DNA of 64,000 nucleotides from a virus. Taxonomy: Duplodnaviria; Caudoviricetes. Under the pieces are notes generated by a model. It searched no databases. It saw only the letters and a program-made list of their open reading frames with translations, and was not told where the DNA came from. This document shows, in pieces, positions 53,427 through 60,958 of the stretch. Location: positions 21,360 to 85,359 of IMG/VR virus record IMGVR_UViG_3300028485_000001. One strand, written 5' to 3'. How positions within the stretch are numbered: the stretch's first letter is position 1; every line of letters starts with the position of its first letter. A program made the position numbers and the translations under genes.

Positions 53427-54044
53427 TCACTCCTGCCCGGTCACCTCGGACAGGCCATTCAGTCGATGCTTGGACCAGCGCACCCCTGCCTCGTCGGTGA
53501 ACCACACTTCGAGCTGCTGTGAATCTTCGATCGTTCCTATCCAGTAGATGCTGGCGCCCTTTCCTGGCGGCACCACCGGCATGTTCCCTTCTCGGTACTC
53601 GCCTTCACCGTCAAGGACGTAGCACTTCGGTAGAGCCTGCTTCACCCTGGCCGCCACGTTGGTGATGTTCCCGGAGCAGTTGTTCACAACTTTGGCTCGG
53701 TACGTGATGGCGTCGAGCTGCAAGCCTCCTCGATACAGAGGCCCGCTAAGAATCTTGTTGTTGTCACTGGTGGAACCGACGTCGACTACAACAGATTCAG
53801 CTGGGGCGCGTTTGTAGCGCTCCCGATCCTCGTCGCGGGCCTGCTTCTCATCCGCAAGCGACTTCAGGGTGCCGTCAAGCACCTCAGACTGCTTCTCCGC
53901 GAGTTCGATGGTTTTGGTCAGCGACGCGTGCTGTTTGCTAATGAGGACGATCGCGATGATGAGGGTGCCGACGCCACCGACCGCGGCGACGATCCCTGAG
54001 ATCGCCCCGATCCAGTCGGTGATGGTGGGGGCTGCGACGTCCAT
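53427..54044 (-). CDS. N-terminally membrane-anchored accessory protein, homologue of 15657..16322
   Basis: TM, coil, VWFTDEAGVRWSK; AGGAG RBS. Confidence 0.6.
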   Translation of the reverse strand: MDVAAPTITDWIGAISGIVAAVGGVGTLIIAIVLISKQHASLTKTIELAEKQSEVLDGTLKSLADEKQARDEDRERYKRAPAESVVVDVGSTSDNNKILSGPLYRGGLQLDAITYRAKVVNNCSGNITNVAARVKQALPKCYVLDGEGEYREGNMPVVPPGKGASIYWIGTIEDSQQLEVWFTDEAGVRWSKHRLNGLSEVTGQE

Positions 54045-54134
54045 GGCTCTCCTGCTGCTGGGGATGCCCTGATCCTGCCACACTCTCCTCGCTCGCCGCA
54101 TGAGTTCGGGCCCCGCCGTATGGCAGGGCCCGGG

Positions 54135-54374
54135 TCACTTCTCCAGTCCTCTTCGTACCTGTTCGCGCAGCATGGCCCCGATGCGTTCCCACTCGGCGTC
54201 GAACTCCGCCACCGTGGTCGCCTGGATCACCTCGTGCGGTCCGCAGCACCCGCAGTCGTCCATCTCGACGGAGATCGTCCCGCCATCCTCCCGGCGCACC
54301 GCCCAGTCGCCTGCACCGTGCCAGTGGTGGCCGTGCTCGTCGGGTGTCGTCTGCTCCCAGATTTTCTCGCTCAC
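54135..54374 (-). CDS. His/Cys-rich hypothetical protein
   Basis: GGAGGAG RBS; HGHHWHG and CGCCGPH. Confidence 0.5.
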   Translation of the reverse strand: MSEKIWEQTTPDEHGHHWHGAGDWAVRREDGGTISVEMDDCGCCGPHEVIQATTVAEFDAEWERIGAMLREQVRRGLEK

Positions 54375-54661
54375 GTCTCCTCCTCCCAGTACTTCACCTT
54401 GACGCCCACGCTCTCCGCGTAGGCGATCTCGCTGGCGACCGCGTCCCCGATCGACCCGTCCGGCTTGCGCACGATGACGACCAGGTCGCTCATGCGGATC
54501 TTCGCGTGGTGGGTGTCGGTGAGGTCGGCCATCTCCTGCTCGGTGACGTCCCGCCCCATGGGGAGCGGCGCGAGCACGGCGTGCCCGGCGAGGGTGAGGG
54601 CGCGGTCCGCACGCACGAGGAGTTCGGGGTAGGCGACGGACCCGCACAGGGTGACGATCAC
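54371..54661 (-). CDS. Nucleoside 2-deoxyribosyltransferase-like fold protein
   Basis: VTLCGS...G..VLAP...H..KIRMSDLVVIV...GSIG.AV.SEI.YA. Confidence 0.6.
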   Translation of the reverse strand: MIVTLCGSVAYPELLVRADRALTLAGHAVLAPLPMGRDVTEQEMADLTDTHHAKIRMSDLVVIVRKPDGSIGDAVASEIAYAESVGVKVKYWEEET

Positions 54662-54918
54662 TGGTCTTCTCCTTCGAGCAGCTTCCGAGCGACGGCGATG
54701 ATCTCAGGGGAACCGACGATGATCGACTGCTCCACGTCGAAGCTGACACGGAACGCCCACTGCTCGAAGACGGGGGCGAGCGACTGCACAAGCTCGTCTT
54801 CGTGCGCGCGGGCGGCTTCGGCTGCGCGGCGGAGGATGCCCTCGGGGTCGTTGTCGCGGATGGCGCGGAGTCGCGCAAGGTTGTCGGCGATGCGGCTGGT
54901 CTCGGCGGTGTCGTTCAC
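54658..54918 (-). CDS. Hypothetical protein
   Basis: GAGGAG RBS, GTG start. Confidence 0.5.
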   Translation of the reverse strand: MNDTAETSRIADNLARLRAIRDNDPEGILRRAAEAARAHEDELVQSLAPVFEQWAFRVSFDVEQSIIVGSPEIIAVARKLLEGEDQ

Positions 54919-55085
54919 GGCCGCTCCTCGGGGTGTTCCTGCCGCATGTGGATGCTGTGCGCGTCCACGGCGGCTTTCCGGGACGTTGCCACGGCGGTCG
55001 CGTCACATCCGGGCGCTGTGCATTCCCATCTGACCGGGTACGCGCGGTCCTCACGGCGGCTGATCCGAACGGGCTGCTCCGTCAT
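54915..55085 (-). CDS. Small C2H2-like protein
   Basis: WECTAPGC...HSIHMRQEH. Confidence 0.5.
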   Translation of the reverse strand: MTEQPVRISRREDRAYPVRWECTAPGCDATAVATSRKAAVDAHSIHMRQEHPEERP

Positions 55086-55089
55086 GTGG

Positions 55090-55716
55090 TCACTCCTCAA
55101 TCAGACGCGTCACAGCGTCAGCGGTCATTACAAGCTCTCCCCGGCCCCAATGGGCGACCAGCGCATCGGCGAGACGCTCTACCGCACCCCACCGGGCGGC
55201 GAGGACTCCGTCGGCCTGGTCGCACATCCACGTCCAGTCCGTGTGCTCACCGCTGGCCCCGTAGGTCAGGGGAGTTCCGAAGCACTGCTCCACGACCGTG
55301 GTCGCGGCCCGACGGTCGCCGTCCGAGTGCCGCTCCGCGACCCATTCCCGGGTGGGGGTGAGCAGGCCCGCGCGGCGCATCCATTCGATCTCCGCTCGGT
55401 GTCCGGCCGCGGCGCCGATGGCGTACCCCTCCCACGGCCCGGACGAGGGCGGCAGGTTCACGGAAGCGCGAGCCTCGCCGCGCCCGGGGCCGTGGAACGC
55501 CGCGTTTCCGGTGGGGATTCCATGGCGGATGTACGCGATGATGTGTCCGGCCTCGTGGTACGCGGACCCGGTGAGCTGCTCGGCATCGGACATGCCCAGG
55601 GCGGTGCGAGTGTTGGTGATCAGGGTGCCGAGGCCATCAGGTGGCGGGGTGCGTGTGTAGTCGGTCCAGGGGGATGTGGGGGAGGGCGCGTCGGGGTTGA
55701 GGTGCCAGGTGTTCAC
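55090..55716 (-). CDS. Stand-alone M41 (FtsH-type) zinc peptidase-like domain
   Basis: AYHEAGH, AAGHRAE, SDGD, VERLADAL. Confidence 0.65.
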   Translation of the reverse strand: MNTWHLNPDAPSPTSPWTDYTRTPPPDGLGTLITNTRTALGMSDAEQLTGSAYHEAGHIIAYIRHGIPTGNAAFHGPGRGEARASVNLPPSSGPWEGYAIGAAAGHRAEIEWMRRAGLLTPTREWVAERHSDGDRRAATTVVEQCFGTPLTYGASGEHTDWTWMCDQADGVLAARWGAVERLADALVAHWGRGELVMTADAVTRLIEE

Positions 55717-56156
55717 GCCTCCTCCCCGGCGATCTCCCGGGCGCGGGACAGGGCTTCGGCCTGGTCGTCGTGGCGTTCAGTGCGTTCCCAGGATCGGACG
55801 GTCCAGGAGTCTTCACGGACGACCTCGGCGAAGCTCTCAAGGCCGTCGCCGAACACGAACGTGGTTGCGTGCGACAGGTCGCCCTTGAGCTGCTTCACCA
55901 GCTCGCCGCGCCGGTCCATGATCCGCTTCGCGTCGGTGGCTTCGGTGCGCCAGTGCAGGATGTCCCTCCGCAGCTTCTCGTTCTCCTCCTCCAGCTCCCA
56001 CACGTGGGCTTGCACGACCCCCATCACGGCGTCGGTGCGCTGGGCGGCCTTCCGCCGGGCTTCGCTGCGGACGATCCCTCCGAAAGCGGACTCGGCTACG
56101 AGCTGGTCGGGCGTCTCGTACAGCACTTCGGCGATCTGGTCTCGCAGGTCCATCAC
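55713..56156 (-). CDS. Coiled-coil hypothetical protein
   Basis: LRDQI...TDAVMGVV; ends AEALSRAREIAGEEA. Confidence 0.55.
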   Translation of the reverse strand: MMDLRDQIAEVLYETPDQLVAESAFGGIVRSEARRKAAQRTDAVMGVVQAHVWELEEENEKLRRDILHWRTEATDAKRIMDRRGELVKQLKGDLSHATTFVFGDGLESFAEVVREDSWTVRSWERTERHDDQAEALSRAREIAGEEA

Positions 56157-56362
56157 TTCTCTCCCTTCTGTTTGCATCCCTCGCACGTCACGGGCACGTC
56201 GCCGCCACCCGGCGGGATGTCGCCGTCGATGCCTGCGCGGGTCCCGCACGCCGTGACCACGGTCCGGCGCGTGGGGTCGATGCGGGCGGCGCACACGTCG
56301 GAGGTCACCACGCGGAAGCGTCCGGCCTGCGTGAGCTGGACGCGCGAGGGGAAGCCACTCAT
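56153..56362 (-). CDS. Small Cys protein
   Basis: ACG...VTCEGC. Confidence 0.45.
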   Translation of the reverse strand: MSGFPSRVQLTQAGRFRVVTSDVCAARIDPTRRTVVTACGTRAGIDGDIPPGGGDVPVTCEGCKQKGEK

Positions 56363-56529
56363 GCCCGCTCCTCCCTGCTCTGTTCCACGATGTGGGGCCA
56401 CACGCGCCGGATGGTCTGCTCCAACTGCCAGCGCTGGAACTCCACGGCCACGCTGCGGGGCTGCTCGCTGTCGGGGGCGACGATCGCAGCCATCACAGCG
56501 GCAACCTGAGCGTCAGTGGGGGCGGTCAT
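56359..56529 (-). CDS. Hypothetical protein
   Basis: Coupled on both sides. Confidence 0.45.
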   Translation of the reverse strand: MTAPTDAQVAAVMAAIVAPDSEQPRSVAVEFQRWQLEQTIRRVWPHIVEQSREERA

Positions 56530-56657
56530 CACTTCTCCTCGGTGGTGGGGCCGAAACGGTCCTCGACTTCGTCGCGGGTCATGAGCGCACCGGTTTCGGT
56601 ATTGCGGTACAGGTCGGTGGCGGGCTCCCACTCGTCACCGTCACGGTCGTAGATCAT
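56529..56657 (-). CDS. Small acidic protein
   Basis: GAGGAG RBS; MIYDRDGDEW... Confidence 0.5.
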   Translation of the reverse strand: MIYDRDGDEWEPATDLYRNTETGALMTRDEVEDRFGPTTEEK

Positions 56658-56660
56658 CGC

Positions 56661-56721
56661 GTCTCCTCGGTATCGTGTTCCCGGGCCGCCCCTGCTTGGT
56701 ACAGGGACGGCCTTCTGCGTG
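56661..56721. repeat. Intergenic repeat, copy 1 (copy 2 at 60429-60487)
   Basis: 31/31 identical GTCTCCTCGGTATCGTGTTCCCGGGCCGCCC plus CGGCCTTCTGCGTG. Confidence 0.85.
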
Positions 56722-56728
56722 GGCGGGG

Positions 56729-56929
56729 TCAAGCGGGCCTGTACTCCAACCGGAGCGGGCCCCAGTTCTTGGACACCTCCGCGATGGGCTGCCCGGCGGA
56801 CCCGTGGGCGTACACAGCGCCGATCGCGTACAGGTTGGCGGGGTGGGTGTCGGACGCGTACACGAACCAGAGTTCGCCGTCTGCGTCGCGGGCGAGGTCT
56901 CCGGGGCGGGGGGTGTAACGGGCGGGCAT
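56729..56929 (-). CDS. Hypothetical protein, paralogue of 60495..60683
   Basis: GDLARDADGELWFVY...WGPLRLEY. Confidence 0.65.
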   Translation of the reverse strand: MPARYTPRPGDLARDADGELWFVYASDTHPANLYAIGAVYAHGSAGQPIAEVSKNWGPLRLEYRPA

Positions 56930-56962
56930 CGGGTTCTCCTTCGGGGCGGTGCGTGCAGGCGG

Positions 56963-57310
56963 TCAGGGGGTGGGAAGCAGGCTTTCGACGTACTGGGCGC
57001 GCTTCACCAGCTCAGCCAGCCGGGGGCGAAGGGTGGCAGCCGGGCCGCCCTCCAACGGCTCGTGCTGGTCGTGGCGGTCGGCCAACGCTTCCGCGATGGT
57101 GGCCAGCTCGGAGGCGGTGAACGAGGACCGCACCAGCGGCCCGAACGCGTCGTCGATCTCCTCGTAGGTGCGGCCTTCGGGGTTGCCGGGGGTGCGCAGG
57201 ATCAGTTCGCTGGTCGGTTCCGTGCCGCTGTTGATCAGGTCGGCGTGCCACGTGGATCCGCGACTGTCGGTGTAGGTGGTTCCGGTGGCGGCGAGAGCGA
57301 GAGCGTTCAC
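56963..57310 (-). CDS. Hypothetical protein
   Basis: AAGGAG RBS, GTG start. Confidence 0.55.
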   Translation of the reverse strand: MNALALAATGTTYTDSRGSTWHADLINSGTEPTSELILRTPGNPEGRTYEEIDDAFGPLVRSSFTASELATIAEALADRHDQHEPLEGGPAATLRPRLAELVKRAQYVESLLPTP

Positions 57311-57331
57311 GGTGTGGCTCCTTGGGTTTGG

Positions 57332-57700
57332 TCAGCGGTTCGCGATGTCGAGCAGAACGTCTGCGTGGCACGGGGACCCCTCCGGGCACCAGCACATGAG
57401 CGTCTTCCCGGCCAGTCCTTCGCGTGCTCGGGTGTTGAGGTCGATGTTCGATTCCAGCCACTCGCGGTACAGGTCGACCGCGACCTTGGTTGCGGCCTCT
57501 CGTGTGGGGTGGGTGGTGGGCTTGGTGACTCAGCCGCCGCACCAGTCCCGGGTGACTTCCCAGCCGTTCTTGGTTTCGGTGATGGACCAGGGGTTGCCCC
57601 AGCGGGTGTTGCGTCCGACGTAGACCGGGCGGTCGCCGTGCGGGTCGCGGGGGGCGGTCCATCCGGCGGTGCGGTGACGCTGGATTCGCTGGGGGGTCAT
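57332..57700 (-). pseudogene. DUF4326 paralogue with an in-frame TGA at 57530-57532
   Basis: Colinear with 43709..44092; TGG(Trp) there is TGA here and the frame continues to LLDIANR*. Confidence 0.75.
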
Positions 57701-57722
57701 CGGGGCTCCTTGCTTTGTTTCC

Positions 57723-57803
57723 ATTTTACCCGTTCATGGGTGGCTTGCCACCTAGTCTCGCACACAGATTGACGGGTGGCAAGCCACCTGAGAACATGGG
57801 TCC
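57723..57803. promoter_or_regulatory. Divergent promoters with two GGTGGC-N2-GCCACC operators
   Basis: Palindromes at 57739-57752 and 57775-57788; TTGACG-N17-GAACAT-N6-ATG (+); TAAAAT (-). Confidence 0.75.
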
Positions 57804-58001
57804 ATGGCAAACCAGCACAAGCACAAACAGAGAGTCCTACGAGGCATCCCAGACGACCTCGCGGACGACTTCGACACCGCAGCGAAAAGGACAGGCTCGG
57901 ACCGTTCAGCGGTCACCCGTCAGCTTTGGGAGGCGTGGCTGGGGTACCCGGGCGCGGAGTGGCCGCCAGCCCCGGAGAGGGAGGGTGAGCGGCCGGCCTA
58001 A
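57804..58001 (+). CDS. Ribbon-helix-helix regulator, leaderless
   Basis: QRVLRGIPDDLADDFDTAAKRTGSDRSAVTRQLWEAWLGYPGA. Confidence 0.7.
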   Translation: MANQHKHKQRVLRGIPDDLADDFDTAAKRTGSDRSAVTRQLWEAWLGYPGAEWPPAPEREGERPA

Positions 58002-58043
58002 CCCCCGGGAGCCCCTGCCTGCCGGGGGTTTCCGTCCCTTGGG

Positions 58044-58063
58044 TGCACGTGCATACCGGGTAC
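58044..58063. repeat. 20-bp direct repeat, second copy at 59176-59195
   Basis: TGCACGTGCATACCGGGTAC, identical in both places. Confidence 0.85.
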
Positions 58064-58173
58064 CCTTCCGTCCGCCTGCTAGCGTGGTTCACATCCCCGG
58101 GGAACTGGGGGTGAGCCGGTGGGTCGCTGGAAACACGCACCCCATGAGGCGCCCTCTCCGCGAAAGCGGAGGT

Positions 58174-58211
58174 CGAAGAGCCGCCCAACCATCACGGTGG
58201 GCGGCTCTTCG
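58174..58211. terminator. Long hairpin terminator
   Basis: GAAGAGCCGCCCA/TGGGCGGCTCTTC 13-bp stem right after the 58215 stop. Confidence 0.7.
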
Positions 58212-58214
58212 CGT

Positions 58215-58652
58215 TCACCTCTGCGACCGCCTGCCCTCCACCTGCTCCGGTGTCGGCTCCCGGAAGTCGTGCCCGAGGTCGGGCAGCGCGGGATCATCCA
58301 GCCAGTCGTCAGCGGGATTGTCCCACTCGTCCACGGTCCGGATGGGGCCGTGCGCGGCCTCGGGGCGCCCGCAGGTGCGACACCCGTCCACCGGGTACTT
58401 TTCCGTGGCTGGTGGGGTGTTGCGGAGCTCGTGGTTCTTCTTGCGGGCCGACACCCGCGCTTCGGACATCCCGAGGAGCCGGGCAACCTGGATGCCGGTC
58501 ATGCCGGAGTTGAGCATCTCCGCGACCACTTCGTCTTGGTAGGCGGACGCGGCGGCCTTGGCTTGGCTGATGATCTTCCCGGCTTCGCGGTATCGGTCTT
58601 CGAACGGGAGCCGGTCCAGGGTCTCGCGGTTGATGCGGATGTAGTCGGTCAT
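58215..58652 (-). CDS. Coiled-coil/HTH regulator with C-terminal Cys/His domain
   Basis: TGIQVARLLGMSEARVS; GCRTCGRPEAAH. Confidence 0.65.
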   Translation of the reverse strand: MTDYIRINRETLDRLPFEDRYREAGKIISQAKAAASAYQDEVVAEMLNSGMTGIQVARLLGMSEARVSARKKNHELRNTPPATEKYPVDGCRTCGRPEAAHGPIRTVDEWDNPADDWLDDPALPDLGHDFREPTPEQVEGRRSQR

Positions 58653-59080
58653 CGCAGGCCAGCTTTCTTGAGGGCGTCGGCGGTGGCGGTGGGCCGGTCG
58701 GTTCCGGTGGCCATGGCGTTGGTGATGTCGGTGCCGACGGTGCGGCCCAGGTCGGTGAGTTCGACGTGGTACTTGGCGTCGCGGACCAGGAGGCCGGCGT
58801 TGATGAGGCGAGCGCCGCGCTCGTTGTGAGCGAGTTCGTCGCGCATGAGGAGGCGGCAGTTGCCGGTGCGGACCCAGGTGGCGATGGGGCGGAGGTCGCC
58901 GTGGGTGAGGTTCACAGTGGTGGCCTTCTTGGTGTTGAGGGCGATGCGGCGGGCGAGAGAGAGGCCGTCGATGATCCACCGGCCAGCGGCCTTGACGGCT
59001 TTGATGGCGCCGTAGCGGGCCCAGTGACGGATGGTGGGGACGGTGACCTTGGCCTGGCGTGCGGCTTCGGTGGTGTTCAT
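58649..59080 (-). CDS. Excisionase/MerR-like HTH protein
   Basis: TTEAARQAKVTVPTIRHWARYGAIKA.K..GRWIID. Confidence 0.7.
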   Translation of the reverse strand: MNTTEAARQAKVTVPTIRHWARYGAIKAVKAAGRWIIDGLSLARRIALNTKKATTVNLTHGDLRPIATWVRTGNCRLLMRDELAHNERGARLINAGLLVRDAKYHVELTDLGRTVGTDITNAMATGTDRPTATADALKKAGLR

Positions 59081-59110
59081 CGTGGCCCCTCTCGTTGTGC
59101 TGTTGGGATC

Positions 59111-59153
59111 AACTTAACCCTAGTGTTCAGATGTTGTCAACAGTAGGGTTAAG
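59111..59153 (-). promoter_or_regulatory. Promoter bracketed by a 10-bp inverted repeat
   Basis: TTGACA-N18-TAAGTT; CTTAACCCTA (59113)/TAGGGTTAAG (59144). Confidence 0.75.
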
Positions 59154-59207
59154 ATAGGTCCACAGAACCCCCTGATGCACGTGCATACCGGGTACACTGG
59201 GAGGACA

Positions 59208-59290
59208 ACCACATAAAGCGAGCCCGCACGGTGGTGGAACACCGAACGGGCTCTGACCACCTCACCTGTTACGACCAGGAAGGCGGCTGG
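59208..59290 (-). ncRNA. Putative counter-transcribed antisense RNA of the rep leader, copy 1
   Basis: - strand TAGGAT box, two hairpins, T-rich tail; conserved with copy 2. Confidence 0.5.
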
Positions 59291-59380
59291 GATGAATCCT
59301 AGTCACATGGTAGCCCGTACCCGAAACCGGGTCGCTACCCGACGCGACACACCCGTGTACCTCCCCCAGGGAGGCACGCG

Positions 59381-59716
59381 ATGAGCCTCTACCCCATCAT
59401 CTGGGCCCTGGAGCACGCCCCCGTCATCGACGCCGCTGAGCGCGCCGTCCTCATGGCACTCGCCAACAAGGGCGACTTCGACGGCTGCAACGCCTACCGG
59501 GGCTACCCCGCGCTTTCCCGCGTCGCCAAGGTCGACCCCAAGACCGTCAAGCGCAAGTGCCACGCCATGGAAGCACGCGGCATCCTGCGGCGCCAGACCG
59601 GAAAGATGCCCGAAGGCTGGCTGAAGCTCCCCGCCGACAAGAAGACCGTCGTCTGGGAAATCATGATCCCCCACTCCTACTTCAGCGCTCAGCAGCTCGC
59701 GAACACCAACGAGACA
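59381..59716 (+). pseudogene. Truncated HTH replication-initiator-like gene
   Basis: IWALEHAPV..AERAVLMALAN..D.DG...Y...LSRVAKVDPKTVKR; after NETR it runs into the antisense strand of other genes. Confidence 0.55.
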
Positions 59717-59770
59717 CGGCCCGCCCTTCACGGCGTTCACGCGCGCCTCGATCGCTTCCAGGTCCATCAC
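59714..59770 (-). pseudogene. 5' stub of an Ead/Ea22-like gene
   Basis: GTGA-coupled start; MDLEAIEARVNAVKGGP, then runs into antisense rep sequence where the family has GPW. Confidence 0.4.
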
Positions 59771-60081
59771 TGCTCTCCTTCCAGGGAGCGCAAGCGCTCG
59801 TACAGCCCACGCTCCCGAGCCTGCGACTCGGAGAGCTGCCGTTGGAGGTCGTCGTGCTCGTCGCGCACCCAGCGTTTCCAGAAGGCTGCTTCTTCCTCCC
59901 TCGCGCGTTCGACCTTGCTCTCGATGATGTTCTTGGTGAAGCCGCGCTGACGCTCCTGCTCGGCCTCGACCACGCCCATGACGGTGTCGGTGATCCGAAC
60001 CTCGTCGTCCTCGGAGGGGTGGTGGTCCAGGCCGTCTGTGTTGCAGATCGCCTGGTGGATTTGGTCTCGCAGCTCAGACAT
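59767..60081 (-). CDS. Coiled-coil protein, N-terminus paralogous to 55713..56156
   Basis: LRDQI...TDTVMGVV. Confidence 0.55.
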   Translation of the reverse strand: MSELRDQIHQAICNTDGLDHHPSEDDEVRITDTVMGVVEAEQERQRGFTKNIIESKVERAREEEAAFWKRWVRDEHDDLQRQLSESQARERGLYERLRSLEGEQ

Positions 60082-60425
60082 CAGGTCTCCTCTCGTCGCG
60101 CGTACTCCGCCGCCATCTCACGGGCCGTGGCCAGCGACACTTCGGGCTTCCTCGCGGGCAGGGGCTCCCGCTCGCTCAGAGCAGCGTTGTACTCCGCCCA
60201 CGACGGGCGGGTCTCGGCGGGCGCCTCGCTGGCCCGGTGCTGCCTCGCGGCCAGCCACCGCGACCCGAGGATCATCTCGGCGATCTCGTCGGCGTTGTCC
60301 TTGAGGTTGAGGTCCTGATGGCGGGCACCCCACAGGACGTGCACGAGCGCGGTGTGGTCGGACTCCCACGGCTCGAACGGCCCGTTGGTGCCGTTCTGAA
60401 GGGTGTCGGGGTCGGGTCGGGCCAT
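60081..60425 (-). CDS. Hypothetical protein
   Basis: GAGGAG RBS. Confidence 0.55.
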   Translation of the reverse strand: MARPDPDTLQNGTNGPFEPWESDHTALVHVLWGARHQDLNLKDNADEIAEMILGSRWLAARQHRASEAPAETRPSWAEYNAALSEREPLPARKPEVSLATAREMAAEYARREET

Positions 60426-60494
60426 CGTGTCTCCTCGGTATCGTGTTCCCGGGCCGCCCAGCTACGGACTGGGCGGCCTTCTGCGTGCGGGGGG

Positions 60495-60683
60495 TCAGGC
60501 GGCCCGGTGCTCCAGGCGGAGCGGCCCCCACCACTTGATGACGTGGTCGATGGGATGCCCCTTGGCGGCCGGGTCGTAGTCGGCACTGATGGCGTGCAGG
60601 TTGTCGGGAGGGCCGTACACGAACCACAGCTCGTGGTCGGCGTCGCGGACGAGGTCGCCGGCGCGGTGGGTGTAGGGGGTCAT
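60495..60683 (-). CDS. Hypothetical protein, paralogue of 56729..56929
   Basis: GDLVRDADHELWFVY...WGPLRLEH. Confidence 0.65.
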   Translation of the reverse strand: MTPYTHRAGDLVRDADHELWFVYGPPDNLHAISADYDPAAKGHPIDHVIKWWGPLRLEHRAA

Positions 60684-60711
60684 CAGGTCTCCTCAGCCGG
60701 GCGGTCGGGGG

Positions 60712-60927
60712 CTAGGCGGGCGCGTAGCCGGACTTGTACGGGGTGCCGTCCGCCTTCGTCGCAGACGGTCGGAGCTGCTTCGCGTCGATCCAGCGGACGT
60801 TCTTGCCGCGCGGGTCGGAGACCTTGACCCGGTCGCCGCCGTCGTACTCGTGGACGATCAGGACGATGTTGTCGAGCGGGTGGCAGGCCGCGTACCGGGT
60901 GTTCGGGCGGATGTGATCGGTGGCCAT
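60712..60927 (-). CDS. Hypothetical protein
   Basis: AAGGAG RBS; MATDHIRPNTRYAACHP... Confidence 0.6.
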   Translation of the reverse strand: MATDHIRPNTRYAACHPLDNIVLIVHEYDGGDRVKVSDPRGKNVRWIDAKQLRPSATKADGTPYKSGYAPA

Positions 60928-60958
60928 TGGGGGCTCCTTCGTTGGATGGGGTAGGGGG

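Noticed and set aside
57530-57532. Genome-wide TGA recoding
   Set aside because: TGA is the normal stop for many genes in this window.
59717-59950. Full-length 189-aa initiator ORF
   Set aside because: The 3' third is the antisense of two minus-strand genes; treated as run-on after a breakpoint.
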